Under the pieces are notes generated by a model. That model was given only the letters and a program-made list of their open reading frames with translations. It did not search any database and was not told the DNA's origin. A DNA stretch of 63,323 bases, the filler included, from Octopus bimaculoides (taxonomy: Eukaryota): the NCBI RefSeq assembly GCF_001194135.2. It is 7 parts of 7 records of this genome, joined end to end, with 100 filler letters (N's around TTAATTAATTAA, not from the genome) between each part and the next. Parts side by side here need not be neighbours in the genome. Positions count along the whole stretch, not along the records: positions 39,900 to 53,107 come from NW_026310014.1; positions 53,208 to 61,834 come from NC_068983.1; 5 more parts are not named here. One strand, given 5' to 3'. Both the position numbers and the translations under genes were made by a program. Below are positions 48,372 to 61,834 of the stretch, one piece after another; positions within the stretch are counted from its first letter, which is position 1; every line of letters begins with the position of its first letter.

Positions 48372-49191
48372 NNNNNNNNNNNNNNNNNNNNNNNNNNNNN
48401 NNNNNNNNNNNNNNNNNNNNNNNNNNNNNNNNNNNNNNNNNNNNNNNNNNNNNNNNNNNNNNNNNNNNNNNNNNNNNNNNNNNNNNNNNNNNNNNNNNNN
48501 NNNNNNNNNNNNNNNNNNNNNNNNNNNNNNNNNNNNNNNNNNNNNNNNNNNNNNNNNNNNNNNNNNNNNNNNNNNNNNNNNNNNNNNNNNNNNNNNNNNN
48601 NNNNNNNNNNNNNNNNNNNNNNNNNNNNNNNNNNNNNNNNNNNNNNNNNNNNNNNNNNNNNNNNNNNNNNNNNNNNNNNNNNNNNNNNNNNNNNNNNNNN
48701 NNNNNNNNNNNNNNNNNNNNNNNNNNNNNNNNNNNNNNNNNNNNNNNNNNNNNNNNNNNNNNNNNNNNNNNNNNNNNNNNNNNNNNNNNNNNNNNNNNNN
48801 NNNNNNNNNNNNNNNNNNNNNNNNNNNNNNNNNNNNNNNNNNNNNNNNNNNNNNNNNNNNNNNNNNNNNNNNNNNNNNNNNNNNNNNNNNNNNNNNNNNN
48901 NNNNNNNNNNNNNNNNNNNNNNNNNNNNNNNNNNNNNNNNNNNNNNNNNNNNNNNNNNNNNNNNNNNNNNNNNNNNNNNNNNNNNNNNNNNNNNNNNNNN
49001 NNNNNNNNNNNNNNNNNNNNNNNNNNNNNNNNNNNNNNNNNNNNNNNNNNNNNNNNNNNNNNNNNNNNNNNNNNNNNNNNNNNNNNNNNNNNNNNNNNNN
49101 NNNNNNNNNNNNNNNNNNNNNNNNNNNNNNNNNNNNNNNNNNNNNNNNNNNNNNNNNNNNNNNNNNNNNNNNNNNNNNNNNNNNNNNNNNN

Positions 49192-49238
<47 letters not shown>

Positions 49239-49650
49239 ACCACATTTGAAAGTCGCACGATACTAAAACCATATTTCAATGGAAAATCTAAAGTTCATGC
49301 AAAGTATAAAATTAAGAAGGAACTGCAATAATCTTAAACTACAGAGGGAAGTTCTAAGAATATCTAATGTTCAGAGATTTCGTGATATACATCGAGGGCA
49401 TTTAATGCTGAAATATCACAAACAGATTACATGTAGAAATTATTCAAGTTATTTTGATTACATAAAATCATCTGTATAAGGAGAGAGACAAGTATCACGA
49501 AGAGACGGACAAATATACAGTCACAAAAACACACACACACGCACGCGCACACACATACACACATGTATAATCATACATATAAAGGCACATGCGTATGTGT
49601 ATATATACACAATGGATATATATGAAAGTGTGGGTATATGTTTATGTGCG

Positions 49651-49688
<38 letters not shown>

Positions 49689-49699
49689 CATATATATAT

Positions 49700-49845
49700 A
49701 CGACGGGCTTCTTTCAGTTTCCGTCAACCAAATCCACTCACAAGGCTTTGGCCGGCCCGAGGCTATAGTAGAAGACACTTGCTCAACTGAACCCGGAACC
49801 AAGTGGTTGACAAGCAAGCTTCTTACCACACAGCCACTCCTGCGT
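49700..49845 (-). mobile_element. Family K SINE head
   Basis: GACGGGCTTCTTTCAGTTTCCGTCAACCAAATCCACTCACAAGGCTTTGG...ACCACACAGCCACTCCTGCG. Confidence 0.88.
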
Positions 49846-50049
49846 ATATATATATATGTATGGCAGAGATGAATCATCAACATACAACTACAAACTACTC
49901 CAAACAACTCAGGCCCATATATATACACTCACAAAAGACCTGTGGGTGTGTAAAATTATGGCAAAAAATATTTGCAAAAGAGAAAGTAGAACTTCGAGAT
50001 TATTCAAAAATTAGCGATTATCCTTTCCTGGACGGTTTATATGTAGATT

Positions 50050-50460
50050 CTTTTTAGCTGTTTAATTTAATGTTAATTTGACTGGCCACCTGCTTGGTAG
50101 CAAGGTTGTGAAGGAACAGCATTAAGAATGACTTGCAGATTTTCTGAAGTCCCAGTGCATGAATTAATGAGTTGCGTTCTCTTCCCAAGGACCCAAGTTC
50201 AATGACACTTTGCTCCATACGGATTGGTGCGTATCCTGTTGCTCCAATAATAATAGGTATGAAACAGAAAATGTATCTTGGGTACCGGAATTGCAAACTC
50301 CTTATCGGTGGCTCATAGCTGTCCTCTTTCACCTGAATTTTTCTAAACACTGGTTTTCAGGGGGCAACTAACTTCCACAACAGATCGTGTTTTTCCTTAT
50401 GGCCCAACACAACTATATGAAGCCGGTTGCGTTTTCACATTGGAAACCGTTTTAATTACG
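50050..50460 (-). mobile_element. RLE endonuclease C-terminal fragment (R4/Dong-like)
   Basis: Minus strand reads VVEVSCP...KIQVKEDSYEP...FIPIIIGATGYAP...LQKICKSFL. Its 5' side starts at a (CATA)n run. Confidence 0.7.
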
Positions 50461-51207
50461 TGTGTATTTTTGTATGTATGTATGTATGTATGTATATATG
50501 TATGTATATATGTATGTATGTTTGTTTTTATGTATGTTTGTATGCCTATCTGCCTATATGTATGACATATATATATATATATATGTCATACATATATATA
50601 TGTCATACATATATATANNNNNNNNNNNNNNNNNNNNNNNNNNNNNNNNNNNNNNNNNNNNNNNNNNNNNNNNNNNNNNNNNNNNNNNNNNNNNNNNNNN
50701 NNNNNNNNNNNNNNNNNNNNNNNNNNNNNNNNNNNNNNNNNNNNNNNNNNNNNNNNNNNNNNNNNNNNNNNNNNNNNNNNNNNNNNNNNNNNNNNNNNNN
50801 NNNNNNNNNNNNNNNNNNNNNNNNNNNNNNNNNNNNNNNNNNNNNNNNNNNNNNNNNNNNNNNNNNNNNNNNNNNNNNNNNNNNNNNNNNNNNNNNNNNN
50901 NNNNNNNNNNNNNNNNNNNNNNNNNNNNNNNNNNNNNNNNNNNNNNNNNNNNNNNNNNNNNNNNNNNNNNNNNNNNNNNNNNNNNNNNNNNNNNNNNNNN
51001 NNNNNNNNNNNNNNNNNNNNNNNNNNNNNNNNNNNNNNNNNNNNNNNNNNNNNNNNNNNNNNNNNNNNNNNNNNNNNNNNNNNNNNNNNNNNNNNNNNNN
51101 NNNNNNNNNNNNNNNNNNNNNNNNNNNNNNNNNNNNNNNNNNNNNNNNNNNNNNNNNNNNNNNNNNNNNNNNNNNNNNNNNNNNNNNNNNNNNNNNNNNN
51201 NNNNNNN

Positions 51208-51240
<33 letters not shown>

Positions 51241-51269
51241 CAAACATAATACATATATGTATGTGTGTG

Positions 51270-51309
<40 letters not shown>

Positions 51310-51629
51310 CACACAGAAGTCACACATAAACACACAAACACACTAATGTGTGTGTGTGTGTGTGTGTGTGTGACTGTGAGTGTGTGTGCTAAAATGAATG
51401 TATATTATTGTATAATCTTCATAGCACAAATACAATTTGATTTCAAAAGAGTCGATGGATATGGCTAATATTTCAACACTTGATAACCTGTTCGAGTTTT
51501 CAATTTAAGCTGTTACAAGTGAAACTTACGGAAAATACAGAGAGAAAAAAGCGCATACTTATTCATACACACACATATATATATACACACACGTAGATAT
51601 TTACACACTTTTACACACATTTATCAGTG

Positions 51630-51830
51630 TGCTGAACTGTGGCCAAGCTGGGTGGTGAGAGGTCGGTTTGCCTTGAAGGTTTAGTCGAATGGAATCGACC
51701 ACGGTCGTTATACTTTAAGCCTGATATCTATTATGTCGATCTTTGTTACTGAATCGCTACAGCGACGTAATCAAACTGACACTGATTGCCAAACGGTAGT
51801 GGGGCACAATAGCACATACACAACAACACA
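51630..51830 (-). mobile_element. Family K SINE 3' module, diverged
   Basis: ACTGTGGCCAAGCTGG...TTTAGTCGAATGGAATCGACC...AAGCCTGATATCTATT...GATTGCCAAACGG. Confidence 0.6.
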
Positions 51831-52520
51831 CATATAGTTATGTAGAAACATACGTACACGCATACACACACACACACACACACACATACACACACACACA
51901 CACATATATGTATGTGTGTGTGTGTGAGTACGTGTATATACTTAAATAGGAGAGAATGTCAAAGTCGATATATATATGAGCGTGTGTGTGTGTATACATA
52001 TACATGTATATATATANNNNNNNNNNNNNNNNNNNNNNNNNNNNNNNNNNNNNNNNNNNNNNNNNNNNNNNNNNNNNNNNNNNNNNNNNNNNNNNNNNNN
52101 NNNNNNNNNNNNNNNNNNNNNNNNNNNNNNNNNNNNNNNNNNNNNNNNNNNNNNNNNNNNNNNNNNNNNNNNNNNNNNNNNNNNNNNNNNNNNNNNNNNN
52201 NNNNNNNNNNNNNNNNNNNNNNNNNNNNNNNNNNNNNNNNNNNNNNNNNNNNNNNNNNNNNNNNNNNNNNNNNNNNNNNNNNNNNNNNNNNNNNNNNNNN
52301 NNNNNNNNNNNNNNNNNNNNNNNNNNNNNNNNNNNNNNNNNNNNNNNNNNNNNNNNNNNNNNNNNNNNNNNNNNNNNNNNNNNNNNNNNNNNNNNNNNNN
52401 NNNNNNNNNNNNNNNNNNNNNNNNNNNNNNNNNNNNNNNNNNNNNNNNNNNNNNNNNNNNNNNNNNNNNNNNNNNNNNNNNNNNNNNNNNNNNNNNNNNN
52501 NNNNNNNNNNNNNNNNNNNA

Positions 52521-52918
52521 TGTTTTACTTGTTTCAGTCATTTAACTGTGGCGATGCTGCAGCACCACCTACAATCGAACAAATCGACCCCAGAACATAT
52601 TTTTGTGAGCCTAGTACTTATTCTATCGGTCTTTTGTGCCGAACCGGTAAGTTACGGGAATATAAACACACCAACATCGGTTGTCAAGCGACGGTGGGGG
52701 AACGGTGGGGACAAACACAGGCACACAAACATATATATGCGATGGGCTTCTTTCAGTTTCCGTATACCAAATCCACTCACAAGGCACAAAGCTTTGGTCG
52801 GCCCGAGGCTATAGTAGAAGACACTTGCCCAGGGTGTCACACAGTGGGACTGAACCCAGAACCAGAAGCTAGTTTCTTACTACAGCCTCGCTTGCACCTA
52901 TCCTCACAGCCGCGCCTG
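52521..52918 (-). mobile_element. Complete family K SINE (head + microsatellite + 3' module)
   Basis: The 3' module is at 52521-52735 and the head at 52740-52918. Confidence 0.85.
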
Positions 52919-53207
52919 TGGATGTCCATATCTATGCATGTGTGTCTTTGTGTCTGTGTTCATCCTCCACCACCGCTTGATAACTGGTGTTGGTGTTCCT
53001 GATATTTAGTCGTTCGGCAGAAGTGTCCGAAAGAATAAGTACCAGGCTTAACAAAATATCAAATACATACATACATGTATATGCGTGTGTGTGTGTGTGC
53101 GTGTATANNNNNNNNNNNNNNNNNNNNNNNNNNNNNNNNNNNNNNNNNNNNTTAATTAATTAANNNNNNNNNNNNNNNNNNNNNNNNNNNNNNNNNNNNN
53201 NNNNNNN

Positions 53208-53244
<37 letters not shown>

Positions 53245-53246
<2 letters not shown>

Positions 53247-53403
53247 CGCAGTAGTGGGTTTGTGGTAAGTAGCTTGCTTACCAACTACATGGTTCCGGTT
53301 TCAGTCCTACTGCTTGATACCTTAGGCAAGTGTCTTTTACAATAGCCTCAGGCCAACCAAAGCCTTGTGAGTGGATTTGGTAACGGAAACTAAAAGAAGC
53401 CGT

Positions 53404-53487
<84 letters not shown>

Positions 53488-53620
53488 TGCTCCCCAATAT
53501 CGTTTGACAACCGTAATATCGTAACTTAGCGGTTCGGCAATAGAGACCAATAGAATAAGTACTAGGCTTGCAAAGAATAAGTTCTTGGGTCGAATAATTG
53601 AAACAAGAAAAAAGAATAAA
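53245..53620 (+). mobile_element. Complete family K SINE with internal (TG)n
   Basis: GGCGCAGTAGTGGGTTTGTGGTAAGTAGCTTGCTTACC..., then (TG)n at 53405-53485, then GTAACTTAGCGGTTCGGCAATAGAGACCAATAGAATAAGTACTAGGCTT. Confidence 0.88.
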
Positions 53621-53639
53621 AGAAAAGAATATAGTAAGC

Positions 53640-54010
53640 GAATGTAATACGCTGGCAACAGAAGGAACACAAGAAAAGACATGATAACCCAGGGAGAATA
53701 AAGGTATGTAGAAAGCTAGGATTTGACCATGCAGATAAGTGGTATGAACAGGAACCTGGTAAAGTACTAGAAAGTAAGAAAACCTTCGAACTGGCAGAAT
53801 AATAAGGCCTGGTTTAGTAGTAGTAGACAAAGAGAACAAAAAGTGCCCGATGTTTGACTCCACAGTCCCGAATGATGAGGATATCAATATAATAGATATA
53901 GAGAAAATAGCTAAATACTAGGACCTAGTCATTGAGTTATATAGAGGCTATGGAAACTGCGGGTAAAATGCATCCCTGTAGTTATAGGTGCATCAGAAGC
54001 TATTCCTTAA
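53640..54010 (+). mobile_element. RLE endonuclease fragment (R4/Dong-like)
   Basis: Reads KEHKKRHDN...DKWYEQEP..VLES...LVVVDKENKKC..FD.TVPND.DI...EKIAKY.DL...VIGA, the R4-clade RHD / KWYEH / PD-(D/E)xK motifs. Confidence 0.8.
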
Positions 54011-54240
54011 CGCGGAGTAGAGGGAACAGGGACAACTGAAGAAGGGAAATATTCTTTATGTTGCATGTCTCGTTTCTCTGTTTTTTTCGTTATTCTTTAA
54101 AAAGTTCGTTTTCTGTCTTCGTCTTTATGTTTTCGTTTCTCATTGTGTTTAACGTTTTTTGTGATGTCCTGTACCCATATATGCATGTATGTATACATAT
54201 AGATGTAGGTATGTGTGGATATATGCATATATTTATATAT
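54010..54240 (+). mobile_element. Short repeat tail related to 16400-16542
   Basis: CAACTGAAGAAGGGAAATATTCTTTATG...GATGTCCTGTACCCATATATGCATG. Confidence 0.4.
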
Positions 54241-54252
54241 CATTTATGTTAT

Positions 54253-54296
<44 letters not shown>

Positions 54297-54311
54297 GANN
54301 NNNNNNNNTAT

Positions 54312-54355
<44 letters not shown>

Positions 54356-54636
54356 GAGAAAGAGATGGGAGGGAGAGAGAAAGAGAGAGTGACACAGAAA
54401 CATAATTACTCTACTGAGGACAAAAATAGCATAAACAAATATAGTAGAAAAACAATTTAAAGTGAGCGCCATCTTTTTATTTCACTTGTGTCACAACAAC
54501 ATCCTCAACAACAACTACAACAACAATTATATCAGTCCTCGTCCTCACTTCCTTTCCGCTATCTCACTCTCACCGCAGTCTCTCTTTCTCTGTTTGTCTG
54601 CCTGTCTCTTTCTCTGTCTGTCTGCCTGCCTTTTTC

Positions 54637-54673
<37 letters not shown>

Positions 54674-54941
54674 TTCTTTCTGTCTATCCGCTCCCCAACC
54701 ATCTCTTAATTTTTAATATATTATGATGACACACGCTAGCAGACGGCAGACTGCAATCTAACTAATAGCTAAGCTAAGCAGAAAGGGGACGGTTTTTGGC
54801 AGAGAGTGTCACTGTGCTGGAAGAGACTTGCAGACTCTACGAGGAATACCACGGAGTCAGACGGATAGGACACCGAACAGTAATAAAACTGTTGCATACT
54901 ATTCACCAAATGACATTCTGGTCCCTTGTGCGCGCGTGCGA

Positions 54942-54984
<43 letters not shown>

Positions 54985-55769
54985 CACACACACACACATG
55001 TACATAAGCAGTCGTGCACACACATGCATGCATACATAGGTACACACACTCATACACACATGCGCGCGCACACACTGACACAAAGACATGTAGGGCACAC
55101 GCTCATCCACACATACACCACACGCTCATGTACACATACACGCGAGTACACACACACACATACATGTATGTATGTTTGTAGATGTGTTATAAATTGATAC
55201 ATATATATATNNNNNNNNNNNNNNNNNNNNNNNNNNNNNNNNNNNNNNNNNNNNNNNNNNNNNNNNNNNNNNNNNNNNNNNNNNNNNNNNNNNNNNNNNN
55301 NNNNNNNNNNNNNNNNNNNNNNNNNNNNNNNNNNNNNNNNNNNNNNNNNNNNNNNNNNNNNNNNNNNNNNNNNNNNNNNNNNNNNNNNNNNNNNNNNNNN
55401 NNNNNNNNNNNNNNNNNNNNNNNNNNNNNNNNNNNNNNNNNNNNNNNNNNNNNNNNNNNNNNNNNNNNNNNNNNNNNNNNNNNNNNNNNNNNNNNNNNNN
55501 NNNNNNNNNNNNNNNNNNNNNNNNNNNNNNNNNNNNNNNNNNNNNNNNNNNNNNNNNNNNNNNNNNNNNNNNNNNNNNNNNNNNNNNNNNNNNNNNNNNN
55601 NNNNNNNNNNNNNNNNNNNNNNNNNNNNNNNNNNNNNNNNNNNNNNNNNNNNNNNNNNNNNNNNNNNNNNNNNNNNNNNNNNNNNNNNNNNNNNNNNNNN
55701 NNNNNNNNNNNNNNNNNNNNNNNNNNNNNNNNNNNNNNNNNNNNNNNNNNNNNNNNNTATATATATACA

Positions 55770-56060
55770 TACTGAGAATTTACAAAAACAACAAAAACAA
55801 AAGACGAAAACAGGTGTGTAAACAACAAACAGATGTATTAGTTTAACGCTAGGGAAGTGAGAAAGTCTTTTACGTTTCGAGCCAACGCTCTTCGACAGAG
55901 TGGAATACAGAAATAAACAGGGAGAGAAAATAGAGAAAGGTTTAGTGGCTAGCAACTTATCATTGCGAATACCGGACAGAGGGGTCATGTAGGAGAGCTA
56001 GGAAGAAGGGGAGATAATAAAGTAGTGGTGATCTCAAAATGAAATAGCGCGTGCGTGTGT
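55770..56060 (-). mobile_element. PLE-like 3' end, same family as 150-291
   Basis: Minus strand reads TCTGTCGAAGAGCGTTGGCTCGAAACGTAAAAGACTTTCTC...TGTTTGTTGTTTACACACCTGTTTTCGTC. Confidence 0.6.
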
Positions 56061-56124
56061 ATATGAGATCGTGTATGTGCGTGTGGAAGGGGCTGATGAT
56101 ATTGACGTGTGCGTGTGTGCATGT

Positions 56125-58156
56125 GTAGGTGTGTGGATGATCTGAGATTCCACCAGCCGAAAGCTAATCCTAGTGACCTCTCTCCAGCACACCCGTTTGA
56201 TAAAATGTATTTCTATAGTGCCAACTGGGATGCAATCATGAACGAGCTATCACATGTTGATTGGTCTTTCACATATGCGCACATCTCCTCCAGCATCAAA
56301 ACATCTTGACAGATCTTTGTAGACGTTGTCACAAACATATGAGCAAAACACACCCCACCAAGACCTGTGAACAAAATTATGTGCGGAACCCCTCGAAACA
56401 ACAAAATTGTTATCAGGAAACGAAAAAGAACAAACAAAAAAATTAACAAACTAAAATACTGCCAACAGCAGCACATATATTCGACAGCTATCGCTCTGCT
56501 CGAATCAAAAATATATAACGTCCAACAACGCATGGAGACCATCATCAATAACGAAAGAACAGCTGATGAGAAATGGGCCATTGGTAAAATCAAACTCAAC
56601 CTGAAAGTGTTCTTTTTTGCAAAAAAACACAAGGCCACTGTCTCCACTATTGGTCCCCTAATTGATGAAAATGGCACTCTCCAAGATAATGCCAAGACTA
56701 CTGCAGAAACAATACTGCTCTGTCTTCAGCAATCCTGATATGGTCGATCTGGGCTGTAACAGCGATGTCAACCCTCAGCACACTATTATTGGTCATAATG
56801 TTTGGCGCCCCTGATGTTTTAGCAGCAATAAACGAAATTAAACACAATTCAGCAGCAGGCCCTGATAGGGGTTCCCTACTTGTCTCCTGAAGATGTCTCG
56901 CCACTAACTTGCATCCCCTCTCGCTAATCTGTGGAAGAACTCACTGGATGCTGGCTTTATTCCTAAAAATTTTCTGTTCCAGTTTTCAAAACGGGAAACA
57001 AATTCCTTGCAGTGAACTACCGCCCGACCTCATTCACCTCTCTCATATCATCAAGGTATTTAAGAGGGTGGTGAGATCACGAATAACCCACTTTCTTGAA
57101 AGCAACAGACTGCTGAACCCCTTACCTTGATTTCAGCAAGGCCTTTGACAGGGTTGACATAAGATTCTATTGAAAAAACTATCCAACACATAGGTTGGAA
57201 AGTTATTACAATGGATCAAGTGTTTCCTGGCAGACAGAAACCAACACGTTGTAGTCGAAGGAAAAAAGTCAAGCCCAACCAAATTCAGTAGTGGTGTTCT
57301 ACAAAGCAGTGTGTTGGGCCCACTTCTTTTCATCATCTACATTAATGACATTACTGACATCACCGAGTACAGCAACATAAGTATCTTTGCAGATGATTCC
57401 AAGCTCCAGAAGGTCATCAATGAAGTGGGTGACCGGATATCCCTTCAGTCTGACCTACTGAGTGTTATCCAATATGATGCTGAACGAGGACAAATTTGAA
57501 AAGGGGATACCCTGAAACTCCTATACTGCCTTCCTTCAGGTGAAACTCTCATGGCATCCAACAACACCAGAGACTTGGGAGTAATTGTGCACAAAAACAT
57601 AAGCTGGGCCGCTCATATATACAGAAAAGTTGGCATGGCTTACAGAATGTGTTTCTGGATTCTCAGAACTTTCTAGTCGCGAGATATCCACACCATTATC
57701 TTTCTCTTCTCCACTTTTACCCGACCCCACCTTGAATACTGTTGTCCACTATGGTTTCCCCACAAGAAACAAAGCATCATGAAAATTGAAACACCGCAAA
57801 GGTCAATTACAAAATAAGATAGATGGCATGACAGGCCTTCACTATTGGGGTCGACTAGAAAAGCTGAAGCTTTATTCTCTTCAACGTCGCCGCGAGCGCT
57901 ACATCATCTACATGATGTAGAAAATATTGCATCAGCCTTACCCAAATGATGTTCGCATCACCTTTAAGGTACACCGAAGGCTTGGGCTCCGTGCTATTCG
58001 TCCACTACATAAATCCCACTCATATCTCATAACAACAATGCGGTACAATTATTTCACCTCAATTGGCCCCGCTCTCTTTAACATTACATAAAAACACATT
58101 AAAGCAGAAACAGATCCCATAAACGTTCAAGAAGTCTTTGGATAAATTCCTTCAAG
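56125..58156 (+). mobile_element. Second copy of the CR1-group LINE seen at 11018-12478, extending further 5', with internal deletions
   Basis: High visual identity to 11040-12320 from about 56985 on. FADD is at about 57386. A deletion joins CTGAACCC to TACCTTGATTTCAGCAAGGCC at about 57120. Confidence 0.92.
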
Positions 58157-58270
58157 CCTAGTACTTATTCTATCGTTGTCTTTTGCCAAACCGCTAAGTT
58201 ACGGGAACGTAAGCACACCAACATTGGTTGTCAAGCGATGGTGTGGGGGACTAACACAGACACACAAATA
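58157..58270 (-). mobile_element. Family K SINE 3' module fragment replacing the LINE 3' end
   Basis: CCTAGTACTTATTCTATCG...CCGCTAAGTTACGGGAACGTAAGCACACCAACATTGGTTGTCAAGCGATG. Confidence 0.82.
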
Positions 58271-58272
58271 TA

Positions 58273-58560
58273 CAGTGGCGGTTCGTAGATAAAATTAGTG
58301 GGGGTACTGCTTCAGAAAATTTTGAGCCGTTGTTGTATTATTGTATAAAAGGAAGCAAACATATAAAAAGAAAATTGATACATAAACTTGATCAGTTCGC
58401 GTTTTAGCCACAGCCGGGTAGTGTGTTTAATCCATTCACTGAACACCCTTGCGAATTCCCCTTTGTTTTTTGTTTTCTAAAAAACCTAAATCACAAAATA
58501 AGCAGGGGAAAAGTGCTCTATTTTTCAAATCCTGGCAGCAACACTGAAGCTGGAAGCAGG
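58273..58560. mobile_element. Possible hAT-type DNA transposon terminus
   Basis: Starts CAGTGGCGGTTCGTAG, resembling hAT TIRs. No matching right end is visible because a gap follows. Confidence 0.3.
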
Positions 58561-59396
58561 ATATATATATANNNNNNNNNNNNNNNNNNNNNNNNNNNNN
58601 NNNNNNNNNNNNNNNNNNNNNNNNNNNNNNNNNNNNNNNNNNNNNNNNNNNNNNNNNNNNNNNNNNNNNNNNNNNNNNNNNNNNNNNNNNNNNNNNNNNN
58701 NNNNNNNNNNNNNNNNNNNNNNNNNNNNNNNNNNNNNNNNNNNNNNNNNNNNNNNNNNNNNNNNNNNNNNNNNNNNNNNNNNNNNNNNNNNNNNNNNNNN
58801 NNNNNNNNNNNNNNNNNNNNNNNNNNNNNNNNNNNNNNNNNNNNNNNNNNNNNNNNNNNNNNNNNNNNNNNNNNNNNNNNNNNNNNNNNNNNNNNNNNNN
58901 NNNNNNNNNNNNNNNNNNNNNNNNNNNNNNNNNNNNNNNNNNNNNNNNNNNNNNNNNNNNNNNNNNNNNNNNNNNNNNNNNNNNNNNNNNNNNNNNNNNN
59001 NNNNNNNNNNNNNNNNNNNNNNNNNNNNNNNNNNNNNNNNNNNNNNNNNNNNNNNNNNNNNNNNNNNNNNNNNNNNNNNNNNNNNNNNNNNNNNNNNNNN
59101 NNNNNNNNNNNNNNNNNNNNATTGAACTACAAAAGCTCAAAGACAATATAATGTATGGGTATATTTATTTTTTTTATATATTATTGTTTTATATATTATT
59201 TTCTTCATTTTGTACTTTTTTGTACTTCTTTGTAAAAAAACATTTTCATTCTCCTTCTTGATAATTTGCTTCATCGCAATGAAAACCGGTTAGAAAAAAT
59301 CTTCATTAAATTATGCTCCCAGTTCAGCATTCTGGCTTTCTTACATTTTCCTATTATTTCTCCACGTGCGGTTAACACAACCCCACTATTTACTGA

Positions 59397-59434
<38 letters not shown>

Positions 59435-59479
59435 TCATATTAGCACACTCTCTCCAACAAATCGACGTTACCTGAACAG

Positions 59480-59610
59480 GTGCACGGTGTGTACCTTGTG
59501 TCAGGTGTCAAAGTGATCGCAGAGCAACGTGAGCCGAAGTGTTTTGCTCAAGAACACAATGCATCACCCGGTCTAGGAATTGAACCCATGATCTCACGAT
59601 CGTGAATGCA
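59480..59610 (-). mobile_element. tRNA-derived SINE, head B with a third tail
   Basis: GAGCAACGTGAGCCGAAGTGTTTTGCTCAAGAACACAATGCATCACCCGGTCTAGGAATTGAACCCATGATCTCACGATCGTGA. Confidence 0.75.
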
Positions 59611-60212
59611 ACACCTATATATATCACATATATGCCCGATATGAGGAAACCGTACAGATGTACATCCTCAACATTCTTACACGTATGGGAGGAATGGCAT
59701 ACCGATGTACATGTGCATCACACATTATACGGGTGTACATACGTGTGTGCGTGCATGTGTGTGTGTGTGAGTGTGTGGATGTGCGCGTGGGTGCGTGTGT
59801 AACACTGCTTCTTTACGTAAGCAACATACACGGATGCATTGACAAATTAATAATCACCTAGATACCATATTCTTAATGGCACCAGTTGTAGCAATAAGAA
59901 AAAAAAACACACACACACACACACGCATAGATAGACACCTGCAACACTCAACACACACATGCATCTGTCGCCCCCTCACATACGCACGTGCAGCTGCACT
60001 TACATAAACCCCTCCCCATACACACACACACCTCGCAGCAGCTGAGGCAACACCAGCAGCGTCTGTATACACAAACACGCACTCGAGTCTTTAACATTGA
60101 AACGGGCGTTTATATTTGCATGCATCATCTCGCGTCTATCCACTGACGAACGCTCGCCTACCCCATTGAAACACATCATCACTGCACATGTATTACAAGC
60201 AAGACTTCAGAA

Positions 60213-60214
<2 letters not shown>

Positions 60215-60296
<82 letters not shown>

Positions 60297-60319
60297 GTAT
60301 GTATGTATGTATGTATGTA

Positions 60320-60355
<36 letters not shown>

Positions 60356-60361
60356 TGTATG

Positions 60362-60400
<39 letters not shown>
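60215..60400. repeat. (TA)n/(TATG)n compound microsatellite
   Basis: Simple repeat runs. Confidence 0.95.
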
Positions 60401-60401
<1 letters not shown>

Positions 60402-61384
60402 TGTATAAACATATATAAACATATATACACATGCGCATACGTAAATATAGAGGAAGGAAAATGGGGAGAGATTTTGGCAGAAAGGGAGGGTAAGAGAATT
60501 CTAAGAATATCTCTTCATCTATCGCCATGTTAAAGAAATCACAGACTGCTCTAAGCATTATGGAGCACTATAATATAAAAGTACTCTCTCACACACACAC
60601 ACACAATTGTACTCACACACTCACACACACAAAACAAGAGCCACAGCACTTACAAACAAATACACACGCGCACACTACCATCTGTATATACACCCCCCCG
60701 TCTCTACAAATACACTCACAGCCTCTTTCTCTCCCCCCTCTCTCTCTCTCTCTCTCTCTCTCACTTTCTCCATAGACATGTATGCGCAAATATACAGAGC
60801 CTACGCCTTTTATATATACATCAACACCTGTATATACATAACATCGCATACACACATTTCGATCAACGCATATATAGATGTACCCCCGATTTCATGATGC
60901 ATTCTCCCCCAGCTCTACATCAATGCGTGCACATGCGTGTACGCATGGAAATACATATTAACAAATGTATACATGAATGTATGTATATATGTATGAATGA
61001 ATATATGTATACATGCATGTATGTATCCATTTATACATGTATGTATGCTTGCATAAATGTACGTATATATATATACACACATATATACACACATATNNNN
61101 NNNNNNNNNNNNNNNNNNNNNNNNNNNNNNNNNNNNNNNNNNNNNNNNNNNNNNNNNNNNNNNNNNNNNNNNNNNNNNNNNNNNNNNNNNNNNNNNNNNN
61201 NNNNNNNNNATATATACATATATATATATATATACAAGCAGGCATGTACTTTCTGATGAAAGTATATGTGTATGCTTTATGTATGAATAACTGACTGTAT
61301 GTATGTATACACACACACACACACATATATACACGCACGCGCGCGCACATACACACATACATACACACACATGTATATATGCTT

Positions 61385-61750
61385 GCGTATATTCTGGCAT
61401 TATATTCCGATTTCTCTCTAATCAGGGAAGAACCGGTTTGTAACCTAGAAACGACTCTCTCCATTGGAATTTTAGAATTTAAACATCAAACAGGGTATGT
61501 ATATATCTGTCTATGTATACACACATATACAGATAATCTGAATACGGATGCATAAAAACGTAGCCATGCATTCATGAATGCGTGTATATATGTATGTGTT
61601 AGCGTACAAATGTATGCCCGAACAAATGAGAAATGTATGTGGGTGCATAAATATACGTGCCTGTGCATGCATAGAAGTGTCAGTAAGCAAGTGAATGTCT
61701 GTATACATCCGAAAGTTTTGACATACGCATATGCACATATTCACATACCC
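61385..61750 (-). mobile_element. Diverged 3' UTR of an R4-like RLE element
   Basis: GAAGAACCGGTTTGTAACCTAG...TCCATTGGAATTT...AACAGGGTAT resembles 47780-47900. Confidence 0.45.
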
Positions 61751-61761
61751 GTATGGTTAAA

Positions 61762-61834
<73 letters not shown>

